Shown in pieces: positions 14,514-26,688 of a DNA stretch of 64,000 bases (the first letter of the stretch is position 1; each line of letters begins with the position of its first letter). The position numbers and the translations under genes are program-made. The DNA is from Batkoa obscura (Eukaryota), in the NCBI GenBank assembly GCA_030770535.1, contig JASVEC010000010.1:868001-932000 (forward strand), read 5' to 3'. Under the pieces are notes generated by a model, which had not been told where the DNA came from, ran no database searches, and saw only the letters and a list, made by a program, of their open reading frames with translations.

Positions 14514-14873
14514 GGAAGCATTTTAAACGAGGATGAGAATGTTTAATAAACTAAGTTATTAATTGAAATTTGTTCATAATTTATGTATAACTTTAAATGT
14601 TTTGTTCGATTTTTTTAAGTTAACAAATATAAGTATATTTGCTTAAAAATGATGAAAATTGATAGCACTATACCTTTTTTAATAGTTAAGTTATTGTAGT
14701 TAAATTAAAAAACTTAATTGAAATATACAATTTTTTTCATATTTGAATTCTTATGATCTTACATAACTTTACGCAATTAATGCCAAAACTAAAAATAAAA
14801 TCACTCATTTATGCCGTTTATCTTTAATTTAAATAAATCAAGATTATAATAAAAAGCGTAACAATTAGCTAAC

Positions 14874-15408
14874 TTAACCCAAATTAAGACGGAAAATATC
14901 GTTATGGACATAATAACCAGCAGCGTCTTTAGCCAAAAAGAAAGTTTGTGAAAATCCAAGGGGATTACTTTCTTCATCAACCTTATGAAAATATAAATAC
15001 TCGCTTCAAAAAAAATAAAATTTATAATAAACTTACAGCAAGTAAACCAGTAACCGAAATAATAATGCTTTCTCCAGCGACACTTGGTTGTGGGTCAAAA
15101 GTAGAGATTTTATGTTGGACTTTTTGGAATGGTAAGCTCTATTTTAAAACCATAAACTCTATAGTCAAAAAAAAACACATTAAATAACTTACGGTTAATT
15201 TCTCAGTGATACCAGCGATACTAGAAAATTGTTGACCTTCAAAAGTTAACATAGAGCTTTCCCTCTATGAAAAATTATATATAAATTATAATCAACTCGA
15301 TATAAAAATAAAACTTACGTAAAGGGAAGCCAGTTTACTTCTATCAGTGTCAAAAGTATTATAATAAAATTCAACAAATTGTTGAGCTACAGTAGCAAAA
15401 TCACCCAT
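14874..15408 (-). CDS. NTF2: Nuclear transport factor 2 (4 exons; missed by the ORF track)
   Basis: Spliced [69 protein letters not shown]. Confidence 0.93.
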
Positions 15409-15699
15409 TTTTATTTAATTTTAAAAAAAACAATTCCTTGATTACTAAAGTTTTTCAAATTTGTTAATTCATACGAATTTTTTAATGGGATCCTTTTTAT
15501 TATTAAAATTAAAGCTATGATCTTAATTTTAATTGGACAATTAAAATGGATTTTAGTTTTAATTGATGTTCTATTTTACTTAGCTACACACGCTTATTAA
15601 ACTAAAAAATAATTAAAACTCGCCAATAAAATTCAACTATTTTTAAGCTACAAAAAATTTAAAAAAATTTAAAATGTTTATAAACTAATAAACATAATA

Positions 15700-17106
15700 A
15701 TGATTCATAACAGTGAAGAAGACAATTACTATTTAATAGAAGCTATTCAAATATTAAACGAAAGAAAGAACCACATTTATCAATTAGTAGAGGAATGGGA
15801 ACACCAAATAATTAGCAGCAGTATTAATAACAATCAAACTTATTTATTAGAAGACCCAACCATCTCGTTATTAACAGGTATTGAACGTTTAAAGCAGCAT
15901 TTAAATAAAGAAGCACAACATTTGTCTTATTTGCTAGAAAACGAAGATTCAATATATCCTTATCATTTAACATGTTCCAATTTACCTTATTTAGAAGCCG
16001 TTTATTTAGCAGCCAAAAATCAACAAGGTTTAGTTACTTTGTTTAAAACATTTAGTTATAATATAAAAATTGATGGAGAGATAATCAACGAAAAGATAAC
16101 AATTGATATTATTGCTAATCATGGTTTAGATTGGATTAAAGTATCAGCAAGAAACACTAAGTATTTGATATCTCAATCTAAGATTGTGAATGAAGAAGAG
16201 GAAATGGAAGAGATGGGAGACGATAATGCAGAACTAAGTGAGATTGAAAACAAAGCATATCAGATGAAGTGTGCAGCTATAGAAAACCAAATCCATTTTA
16301 AGATACCTAATATTAAATTCAGTTTTTTAAATATTAATTTCAATCAACCTTATTATTTTCCGTTAATTAATAAATTATTACAACTTAATATTATACCAGA
16401 AAAAATTAATTCAAATCCTTCATCTACTCTCTCTTTAAGTGATAAAACCAATTTATCTACTGAATATTTAAATTTAGATTGTACTACTTTAATTGCTCTT
16501 GCTTCTGAATTAACAAATAGTTATAATACTACTAATAATCAATTATCTAACTTAAAGGTGGAACATTATAATCAAATGAATGCATTAAAAATACAAATAG
16601 AAAGTGAATTAAAGAAGCCATTGATGCCTATTTTAATTCATTTATTGAAAGGTCATCAACTTACTACAACTCGAGAATGTTATGAACGTTTTTTTTCAAT
16701 TGTAAGTACAATTGCTGGAGAAAAAGAAAAGTTACGTGCTAATATTTTGTTTCGTCATTATCATCAAGATAATGAATTAATTCATCAAGATACTTTAATG
16801 CTACCAAATGATCCGTTTTTAAATTTTAAATTAGTTACTAATCAATCTCATGCTTATTCTATTGAAGTTTTAGATAACATTATTGACCCTAACTTTGAAC
16901 ATTTTTTATCTTTAAATTTTCATAAATTATATACTTCATTTCATATGTTAGTATTTGGTTCAGCTTATCAAAGGAAAATGTCCACAATTACGGCAAATAC
17001 TTGGATTACTAGAGCTTTATTAGATAAAGCTCCTTATTTAAAAGATACTAATTTTATTTTATTACATGAACCTCGTTCTTTTGTTGAAAATAAGCTAAAA
17101 TTTTGA
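15700..17106 (+). CDS. DUF1308 / UPF0415 (C7orf25-like) protein
   Basis: Motifs CSNLPYLEAV, IDIIANHGLDWIKVSARN, LNLDCTTLIALASELTN, TITAN, HEPRS. Confidence 0.75.
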   Translation: MIHNSEEDNYYLIEAIQILNERKNHIYQLVEEWEHQIISSSINNNQTYLLEDPTISLLTGIERLKQHLNKEAQHLSYLLENEDSIYPYHLTCSNLPYLEAVYLAAKNQQGLVTLFKTFSYNIKIDGEIINEKITIDIIANHGLDWIKVSARNTKYLISQSKIVNEEEEMEEMGDDNAELSEIENKAYQMKCAAIENQIHFKIPNIKFSFLNINFNQPYYFPLINKLLQLNIIPEKINSNPSSTLSLSDKTNLSTEYLNLDCTTLIALASELTNSYNTTNNQLSNLKVEHYNQMNALKIQIESELKKPLMPILIHLLKGHQLTTTRECYERFFSIVSTIAGEKEKLRANILFRHYHQDNELIHQDTLMLPNDPFLNFKLVTNQSHAYSIEVLDNIIDPNFEHFLSLNFHKLYTSFHMLVFGSAYQRKMSTITANTWITRALLDKAPYLKDTNFILLHEPRSFVENKLKF

Positions 17107-17249
17107 TCACTTTAATCAGTTAAATCATTTGGTAGTAATGGTAATAGTATACTTTTCTTTTTTTATTGTTTTTAATAAAAATATAACATATTAAATTCCA
17201 AAATTGTGTTTTAATTTTTTGAAAAAATGAAATAAATTTAATAAAAGAA

Positions 17250-20200
17250 CTATTGCTGATAATTCTGTCCAGGTGGTGGAGGATAAGGTGCATTAGGATC
17301 ATGATAAGGTTGTTGATACCCTTGCATAGGATGCTGTACGTAATTACCATCTTGATATTGATGGGGTGCATAATTCGGATTCATATTTGGATAGTTTTGA
17401 TTAGGATCATAATATCCTTGATTTGGAACCTGTCCATAAATCGGTTGTCCATGTTGTTGTTGATTTCCATATTGTTCATTGGAATAAACTTGGCCTTGCA
17501 TTTGATCTATATAAGGTTGATTTGGCGGCGCATGTGTATAACTTGGGTTGCCTTGTTGATCAACGCTACTAAGAGGTGCTTGAGGTTGGTGATAATTGCT
17601 AGGATGACCATAACTGCCTTGAGAACTTCCATGCGACATTGGGTAACTATGCATTTGAGGATGAGGATAACCTTGAGGTGGTAAATGGCTTTGTTGATAA
17701 CCGCTTTGTGAAGGTTGATAGTTACTATAAGTTGGTTGTTGTGATGTACCAGATTGAGAGCCTTGATAATTACCATATTCTGATTGCTTCGTTGTAGCAG
17801 GTTGAGCTTGACTGTTTGATTGAGCTTTGGTTTGACTTTGTTTTTGCGAAGTGGTTTTGGATTTAGGTTGTGTTGGTGTTTTTGTTTGTGGGGATGAGGT
17901 TTGATATGAGGCAGACGAGTTTTGTGTCTTTGAGTTTGGTGATACTTCAGTAGTATTGTGCTGTGTTGTAGGATGACTTTGATTAGTATTTAATTCTTCA
18001 ACTTGTCCTGGGTTAGAACTATATTGTTGTGCACCTCCTATAACTGTTTCAATGAATTGATCTGATATACCTGTTGGAAGGTTCATTAAATTCTCTGGGT
18101 TAAATATACCCATCGGAATATCTTGTCCAAAGTTTTGATAACCTGGTCCATCCATAGCTGAACGGTTATTCCCAAGGGCATTTGCCATTAGCATTGGATT
18201 GTTGAAATCAGCATTTGATCCTGCGAGGGCATGTAAAGCATTTCCTAAATTCAAGTTGTAAGTTCCATTTTGGCTCATAGCTGCAAGCTCATTGAGAGTT
18301 TGTGGATCAATGCCACCGGAATTCATACCAAACATGGCTTGTGTACTTGCCATTGCGGTGGAGAATAAAGAATCATTATTAGAATTAGATCCATTATTGG
18401 AAGTAGGAGGTTGTACGTTTTTCTTTTTGAACATTTCTGGAAGTTTAACTTTTTGGTGCTCAGCCATACCTGTAATAACAGTCATACAATAACGACCATT
18501 TTCACTGTATTTGGCAAATTTGTTCAAGGTTGTTAAACAAGATAAAAATAAAGAGTACCATTGTTCAGAACCTTTAGAGCCGTCAGCTGATCCTTGTTGT
18601 CCTTGAGCTGAATTAGAGACTGAACTGACTTTGATCTTATGTAAAAAGACAAAAGCACTTACATATAACGGGAAATATTTAAATGAGAGTCCGTGAACTG
18701 CATAAAAAGAATCAAAACGCGTCATAATACGAACGATTTCTGTAGCAGCATTAACTGTATCTCCCATCAAGTTAGTATCAGTAACTCTGAATAAACCGTC
18801 AGTGTGACATAAGACTTGCCCAACGATGATAGCAGTATGGTAAAAGGAGTGTAAGAACGGGATAAGATACATCTCTGCATAGCAATTTTTAAGGTTAGAG
18901 ATATCCTCAGGTGGTGATTCTGGAAGTTTCTTTAAGCTAGGTGGAAGTGATTTGAACCAATTTTTGAGAGAAACCAAACAATCATGAGCTCTTGTAGCAC
19001 GATCTTGAAGATTTGACTTAAGTTTTACAGAAGTAAGTAATCTGTTTAATTTTCCTACAATTTGACCGAGTTTAGACATAGCAATAAAAACTAAGGTACA
19101 AGGGATCTCATCCGGATCATCTTCATCATCTGCAAGCGTAGGAAGTTTGACATCGCATAATTCTTGTTGAATTGAAAGTGGACGGCCTAACATTGTAGAA
19201 TATAAGGTATCTAAAACAAAACATCCCCACCATGTCTTTTTACGAATTTCTTGTTCAACAGGTTCAAAAGCACCATTTAAAAGATTCTCGCAATCCTTAT
19301 GCAACCCCAACTCCATAGCCATACGTGTAGCCATACCAGAATAAAGCCATACATTGTTAGAAACAGTAGTACGATGGTGATAAAGAGTCATGAGGAGTAA
19401 AGCTTGAATGGTGAATATCTCTGCTTCAGAGAAACATTCATCAAGACATTTCTTTGCTTGTGCTTCAAACTCCTCGGCTACTTCCTCATGGGATTTGTCT
19501 TTAAGTTGAGGGAAGTAGTTATAACTTTTTTCATTGGTATAAAAAATAGCAATCGCAAAAATAACGTTTAAAAGGAGAGCGGGTAGTTTCCCTAAATCAA
19601 ATTGAGACATAATAGTTGGCTTGTGAAGTACTGGGAAGAAAGGGTAATGATAGCGGAAATACAAGTCTAAAAGATGACGCTTTGCAGCAGTTGATAATAC
19701 GATCTCATCTTTTGGGGGTGCTAAATCATCTTCAATATGCGTTTCTTGTAAAAGCACAGCAAGCTTTTCACATATATCTTGAGTTTCCTTGTTAGTTGAT
19801 CCAAGAAGAGATCCTGGGAAGCAGCCATAATAAAATACGTTATCTGGACAAGTACGATCTCCAACCCAAATTCCATTCAAATCATCTTCCTCCTCATAAG
19901 GTGGTGAAGAGAAACGATTAGAATCAGACGGTTGTTGGGATGACTCATTTTCTACTGAACTTAAATTTGGGGAAGAGGAACTATTAATATTACCAAAATT
20001 GGGAGGAAGTGCACTAGCAAAATTTTGACCTAAAAAATTTAAATTGCCTGCTTCTGAAAATACGGCGTTATTGAAATCTTGTTCCGATACACCTTCTAAA
20101 GAAGAGAAAAAGGGAAAGAAGTTAGAAGTAGGGTTATTTGGAGCAGGTCCTTGAGTTCTTGGTTGGGACGAGGTTGGTTGGCTTTGAAAGTTAGGTATGT

Positions 20201-20459
20201 TTAAAGAAGGGTTTTGCTGCGAGTAAGAAGCACTCGATGTATTTGTTTGAGGATAGCCTTGGGAGCCTGTAGGATTAGATGAACTTGATGTATTAGGTGC
20301 ATTAGCTTGCGCTGCATGATTTTGAGCATAGTTAAATAAAGACTGCGCACTTATACAATGCCCACAGAAATAGCTTTGATCCATAGAAGGGAACTGATGG
20401 CAAGATCTACATAGGGGACCATTACTACCTGATGAGTTATTTGAGTTGGATTGATTCAT
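17250..20459 (-). CDS. Fungal-specific transcription factor domain protein with Q/P/Y-rich C-terminus
   Basis: LLDLYFRYHYPFFPVLHK, IQALLLM, WLYSGMATRMAMELGLHKD, EIRKKTWWGCFVLD..LGRP (Fungal_trans/middle homology region). Confidence 0.88.
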   Translation of the reverse strand: MNQSNSNNSSGSNGPLCRSCHQFPSMDQSYFCGHCISAQSLFNYAQNHAAQANAPNTSSSSNPTGSQGYPQTNTSSASYSQQNPSLNIPNFQSQPTSSQPRTQGPAPNNPTSNFFPFFSSLEGVSEQDFNNAVFSEAGNLNFLGQNFASALPPNFGNINSSSSPNLSSVENESSQQPSDSNRFSSPPYEEEDDLNGIWVGDRTCPDNVFYYGCFPGSLLGSTNKETQDICEKLAVLLQETHIEDDLAPPKDEIVLSTAAKRHLLDLYFRYHYPFFPVLHKPTIMSQFDLGKLPALLLNVIFAIAIFYTNEKSYNYFPQLKDKSHEEVAEEFEAQAKKCLDECFSEAEIFTIQALLLMTLYHHRTTVSNNVWLYSGMATRMAMELGLHKDCENLLNGAFEPVEQEIRKKTWWGCFVLDTLYSTMLGRPLSIQQELCDVKLPTLADDEDDPDEIPCTLVFIAMSKLGQIVGKLNRLLTSVKLKSNLQDRATRAHDCLVSLKNWFKSLPPSLKKLPESPPEDISNLKNCYAEMYLIPFLHSFYHTAIIVGQVLCHTDGLFRVTDTNLMGDTVNAATEIVRIMTRFDSFYAVHGLSFKYFPLYVSAFVFLHKIKVSSVSNSAQGQQGSADGSKGSEQWYSLFLSCLTTLNKFAKYSENGRYCMTVITGMAEHQKVKLPEMFKKKNVQPPTSNNGSNSNNDSLFSTAMASTQAMFGMNSGGIDPQTLNELAAMSQNGTYNLNLGNALHALAGSNADFNNPMLMANALGNNRSAMDGPGYQNFGQDIPMGIFNPENLMNLPTGISDQFIETVIGGAQQYSSNPGQVEELNTNQSHPTTQHNTTEVSPNSKTQNSSASYQTSSPQTKTPTQPKSKTTSQKQSQTKAQSNSQAQPATTKQSEYGNYQGSQSGTSQQPTYSNYQPSQSGYQQSHLPPQGYPHPQMHSYPMSHGSSQGSYGHPSNYHQPQAPLSSVDQQGNPSYTHAPPNQPYIDQMQGQVYSNEQYGNQQQHGQPIYGQVPNQGYYDPNQNYPNMNPNYAPHQYQDGNYVQHPMQGYQQPYHDPNAPYPPPPGQNYQQ

Positions 20460-21852
20460 CTTTATATGTTTAAATTAAAAGAGAAATTAATATATAAAAT
20501 ATTTGAAACTAACATTAAATTCATTTGCTTTTGCACAATCAAACCAATCATTTTACGATCATTTTAGTTTAACTAAAAATGAGCTTAAAAATACAGTATT
20601 CAAAATGATAAAGTAAGTCGAATGTAAGCAAAATAAGTATCAAATATACTAATATATGATGATTTATGCTATATTACTGCTATTACTTCATAAATAGTAG
20701 TTTAATATGTATTTACTTGTTGATAGTTTATGTTTGTTAGTAAAAAAAATTATTTAGTTTGCTTATTTTTTTTATGAATTCAATATACCTTTGATTGGCT
20801 CCATTAGCATTTATTTATGCAAGGAATATGCTTATGATGACAAATAGAACAGCTTACAGCTGGTCCAGATCAGTTTCGAAAAAAAAGGTTTATTTTAAGT
20901 AAAAGCTTAGTCTAAAATACTGTAAAAATCAAGTCAAACTTGAAGTTAGTTTTTGTTATATTTTAAGAAAATATTGTAAGTTAACTTAAATTAGCTTTTC
21001 CTTATGCTTATTGTGATGTTTTTAACCGATAACTGTTTTTATACTCTTAAATTTAAAATGTGAAAAAGTCTCAGATGTTCCAGCTTTCTTTTATTTTAAA
21101 CTCTACAACTAATATTTTATATTTTAATATATTTTTAACAAATAGAGATTTGGTATTGATTATATAAGAGCAAGATATTATAATAGTAGTAAAAACAATA
21201 ATGAGAATATATCAGATTATATTTGTAAAATAATCTTCAAGTTTAGATTACAAACCTCAATGTAAATCAAGCCTTTTTAAGCGACAAGCTTTAAAAAAAC
21301 TAGTCATTAAATGACTTTTTAAAATTATCACTTTTTTTAAAATTAAGCTGGACAGTTGTAACTAAAAAAGCTTGGGTTTTTGGGTTAGAAATGTCACTTC
21401 AAATGAGGCTCTGTTAAGCTTTGGTATAAAATTATTAGCTTAATTACGCCATCAAGATTGTTTGTATTTATGATATAAAATTACTAATATTTTATTGTTA
21501 TACTATCTGAAAAGAAAAACATTAGTAATCGGAAGGTTTATGTTTATTAACAAACCTTTTTTATAATACTTCAATACTACCAAAGTATCGAATTTTATCG
21601 ATTTACACTTTGTTTCATTTCTAAAACTTTTTTAATTTAAACTGTACTTAAAAAGCTACCATTTTATTTAATATATCTGGATAGAATATTGCTGCCATGA
21701 TTACATTAAAATAATAAATCATAGTCAATAATACTCTAATAAAGTAGATACAATTTAAAAAGCTTAATAAAAATATAAATTATTAGAATACCAATAATTT
21801 TATTAATAAATATAAAATTACAATCAAAAATTTCAACTAGATCAAAAAAATA

Positions 21853-21954
21853 CCAGGGATGTGTTTTTATATTTGAGAATTTTACTAACAATTTTTCTAC
21901 TCAAATAGCGCTTAAAAGATAGAAAAAATAATGAAGCCAAAAAAAAACACCCAT
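21853..21954. mobile_element. MITE family A copy (reverse orientation, degenerate ends) abutting the DIS3L2 stop codon
   Basis: GGGATGTGTTTT..GAATTTTACTAACAA..TCAAATAGCGCTTAAAAGAT..AAAACACCCA. Confidence 0.75.
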
Positions 21955-24900
21955 TATTGAATTTTGTCTTTATAATCTATTGAAATTGGTCTTATTGGAG
22001 CAATATCAATAGTAGGAAGCAACTTGTTTAAATCCACTTTAATTTTAACATCAATGGTATCTAAAAGGGCCAAGTTTTGCACAATGCTCTTTAGTTGACC
22101 ATTATTTTTATTACTATCTACTATAGTTTCCTCTTCTTTGGTATCAGAATCCTTTTTATTGTTATCTGACTTATTTCTTGTGTTTCTGTTCTTTTCTACA
22201 TTATCTTTCCATTTCAATAAAAGGCTTTTCTCTTGAACTTTAAATCCATCCAATGGTAAATCTTTGAAGTAAATTCGGGAGTCTATAGCATACTTTGATA
22301 CTACTACAAACATATATTCTTCATTAAAGTCAATGATTTTCGCTTTTTCTATTACTTCAACCAACTTGGATTCTTTATTTTCCCTATTCTTATCCATCGT
22401 ACTAAGAAAGTGAGCTAAATAAAGTACAATACTTTGATCTTGAACTTTACGGGACCTATCTTTTTGCAAATTACAACGATTAGCAATCATTGATAATTCA
22501 ATCTCATCCAACTCATATTTTTTATTTTCAAGTAAAGAGCTAAGCTGTCTATGAACTACTAAATCAGGATATCTTCGAATTGGTGATGTAAAATGAGTAT
22601 ACAATGGCATGTTGAGTGCATAATGATGTGGATTGATGTCCTTATTAAAACCAAGACATAAGTATTTTGCTCGTTGCATTGGTCTAATTACCAATAGCCT
22701 AAATGCCTCTAAAACTTCTGGGTTGCTGTTTTGACTAAGGGACTTTTGGAAAGCTTGAGACGAAGATATATCAAGATCAATATCATATTTACTAGCTGTA
22801 TTGATTAATTCTTTCATCCCCTTTTCATTAGGTGGAGGATGATGTCTTAGAAAAGCTAATTCTGGGAGTTCTTTGACCAATATTTCTGCAACAGAGCGAT
22901 TTGCTAATAGCATGAATTCTTCAATAAGTCGAGTAGCATCACTAGATTTATAAATTTCGCAAGAGCTTGGCATTCCAGCATCATTAAGTTTAAAGGATAA
23001 TTTTAATGAACTCATTTCTAATGAACCCTCATCAAATCTCTCTGTACGAAGCTTTTTAGATAAATTATACAGCAGCAGTATGTTTTCTTCCATTCGAGAG
23101 CAATTAATCCCTGGCTGAGGTACAACTAAATCTTGATTTAAATGCCACCATCGATAACTTTTTGCACTTGATCATAACTTAATTTAGCACATGAACGTAT
23201 CAATGATTTAAAATAGCTAGTTTCTAATACTTTTCCATTGGCATCTATTTTCCATGTAAATGAAAATGCTAACCTATCTTTATGGGGCACAAGAGAGCAT
23301 AGTTCATCACAAAGTTGGCGTGGAAGCATTGGTATATTCCTTTCTACCATATAAATTGTGGTTGCTCTATTCTTGCTTCTAGATCAAGCATACTTCCTTG
23401 AGGTACAAAAGGGCTTACATCAGCTATATGAACTCCTACATGAAATAGGCCATCTTCTAAACTTTCGATTGAAACAGCATCATCTAAATCCCTAGCTGTA
23501 GGAGGATCAATAGTAAAAATACACATTTCTCTAAGGTCTTTTCTGTTTTCAAAATACTCACCGCCAACTGCATATATATCTGATGGTAGACTAGAAATTA
23601 TCTTTTCATCGAAATCAGATGCATCTACGCCATTTTCAGTCAGGATAGAATTGGAACCACAGTCTATCTTACTTATTTCTCCCATAATACCGTTTAATTC
23701 GCCTAAAGGATTCTTCTGTAGGCTAGACCAATGGCTAATTTTAACAGAAAAGCATGTTTTGTAAAGCAAATTAGGATCTTCAAGGTACTTTTTAGGTAAA
23801 CTTAAAGTGTGAACAATGATAAGGGGTGCCCTAGAATCAAATGGTTTAAATTCCAACATTTTTGGTAATTTTCCTTGCTGGCTTTTATCTTTATTCTTCG
23901 AACTATTGTTCTCCATTTTAGCATCAGAAGTAGATGGCTCTTCATTGCTACTCTCATTATCTAGTTTTAAGTCTTGATTCTTTTTGGTTTTCTCTTTTGT
24001 GTTTTGTTTTGGTTCGTTGAAGACGCCTACAAAAATCCTGCTATGAACTTGCTTTGCTATTGAAACCACTTCCCCAGCATCCAAATCCCTTTCAATTATG
24101 CTTTTAGGCACGTCATTATTGCCTTTAAAGAGTTTTTGCTTTTCCTCTTGAGTTAACAATTTAATAATAACATCATCGCCTTCAAGTGCTCTATTATAAT
24201 GCTTTACTCCCATAATAAAAATATCGTCTTTTCTTCCATCTATAACGACGTACCCATGCTTTCGATTGAACGAACTAATTCTTAATTTACCAGAAAAGTA
24301 AAGACCCTTTTCAATATCACTTTTTAATGACTCAGGATCCAAATGTTTAGAATAATAGCTTGAATCAGTAGATTTTCTAGAGTCGTTAATCTTTTTTCCC
24401 TTTTTGATAGCTTTGGTTATTAATTGGATTTCAGTTTTAGCATCGAGTATAACTTCGTTTAATGAATATTTTAATACTTCATGATCTGTCTCAGTTTTAA
24501 TCAAGTTCACACTTTTCTGATCAAACTCTACCGATTTTGTTTTTGTTTCACTAACATCTTTGTCCTTAACCTTTGAGATTTTGTCTTTATCTGTAATGTA
24601 AATTAGTATATAAATTTAAAAGTTATAATTTATCTTACTTTGGTGTTTTTTAAGATTAAAGGCTGACTTTTCATTAAAGTTTGTATCTTTTCTGTCATTA
24701 TTTTCATTTACTGATTTATTGTTCAAATCTTTATTACTAACTGTGGAGCTGGAATCAGATTTTAAGCTGTGTGCAGTATCCACCGGTATTTTACTTTCAG
24801 CCTTCTTTCTTTCTACTATTTCAACTAAATATTTATTATATATATAAATGTAAAAAACATAATGTATTACTTTTATTAATTACAGCTTGAAGTTTTCCAT

Positions 24901-25374
24901 CTCTAACTTCAAATTGTTTTTTACTGCTTCTTTTTGCTTTATTTAATTCTCCATAATCAAACTTTACTTTAGAGTAATCTTGAAGGCCATTCCCCTCTTA
25001 CCTATTTACCATGTTAGTTTTTATATCTGAATATTCGCTTTTTATTAAAATTCAATGGTAACTTAATTTCAATTTAATTATATTTAGTTTAATTAATTAC
25101 CTTTATTATACTTCACATTATCACGCGTATTCGGTAATCTAGTTTGTTGTGGTTTGATCGAGAGCGTTTCTAATCTTTTCTCTAAATCAGTGTTTTCATT
25201 ATTGGAAGTGCTCATAGGCGTAGATTGTAGCAATTCAAACGAACCTGCTTCATACTTCAGTCCTTGGTCGATATTCTGTAATGATTCAAAAGAGAATGCT
25301 TCAACCTTTTTTTCTTTATCACTTTCTCGTAACAAATCAAAAGCTGGAATAAATGTATCTGTCATTCGACTCAT
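21954..25374 (-). CDS. DIS3L2: DIS3-like exonuclease 2 (RNase II/RNB family); two apparent single-base frameshifts; 5' exons approximate
   Basis: YNRALEGDDV, FTIDPPTARDLDDA, VGVHIADVS, PMLP..LCSL, LIEEFMLLAN, HYALNMPLYTHFTSPIRRYPDLVVHRQL; no PIN domain. Confidence 0.8.
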
Positions 25375-26688
25375 TAAATAAGAATAATAAATAATTTTAT
25401 AAAAAACAAAGAATAAACTGTTAAATTTTGATTTTATGAACCTTTTATCATTGATTACAAAGTTATTGCTGAGTCACTAAGCAATTATAGTGCTTTTTGC
25501 AGCTACCAACTACGCCTGTTGCAAGTTTTCTAAAACTAAATAAACTGCATATTTAAACCAAATTCATGTCAAAATTCGTTTAAACAAATAGGGTTTGAAA
25601 TTTATTATAAAAATTACCGCTAAGCAAGTCTCAAAAGAATTTAATAGTTGTATATTGTTAATGCCATTAAATCGGATTTATTAATGAGATCTTTGTTTTT
25701 GTACTTAATATATGTTTTAAAATTTTACTAATAATCAAAATGATGCTTAAAAGATTAATGAAGCTATATATCAATATCTATGTCAACAAAACCACACCTT
25801 TTTTTAAAATGATCGAGTAAAAAATAATAGTGAAAGTTAAAATAAAAAAATATTTATCCAACCGTTTTTTCTATTAGATATGATCACTTAAGCTTATAAT
25901 TGTTTAACTTAATAACTTAGACCCTATATTTCGTTTTTGCTTAAATTATTTTTTAAATAATTACAAGTAGTTAATATGATTGCTTATTTCTATAATTTAA
26001 CTGAAGATTTTTGATATTCTATAAACAGTGAACAAAATATAAATAAAAACATTACATAATTTTATTATTTTTGGGCTAAGCGAAAGCTATTTTAACTTGT
26101 TAAATAATAATTGTGGACCTTTTTCTTAGTAAATTTTACATTTAATCAAATAAATGAAATGTATTTATACAATAACTGTAATAAAATAATTAATAGAACC
26201 TTAGTTTTATCTTTAAAAAATCTATTGATTACAAATCAAACTTTTTAATATTTTCGCAGTCACTAGTAATTTTAGGAAATATTTCATAAAGGAAAATTAC
26301 GTGAATTTGGTTCTTTTTAGTTTCATGGTAAAATAGGCTGAATTTTGTATTAAAGTTTTTCATATTTAGCTGCTGGTCTCTATTCATAATAATTGGGAAA
26401 AAAACTAATTTTAATAGCATTTTAATAGAATGCTATTATTTCTTATAGGCAGTAATCTTTTTTGATAAATTTAGTCTAAACTTACAATTTAAGATAAAAT
26501 ACTTATAATAAATATACTTTTGTTTGCAACATTTAATAATATTTAAATGTAAACTTGAAGTTTGAAATTTGAAGTTTATTTGGCATAGGGATCTAGGCCC
26601 TTAAAAAATAATAACGAGAAAGGATGTGCTCTATAAAGCTATTAGTGAATGCAAAAAAGGACGGGTAGCTGGTTGAACTGAAAGCTAT

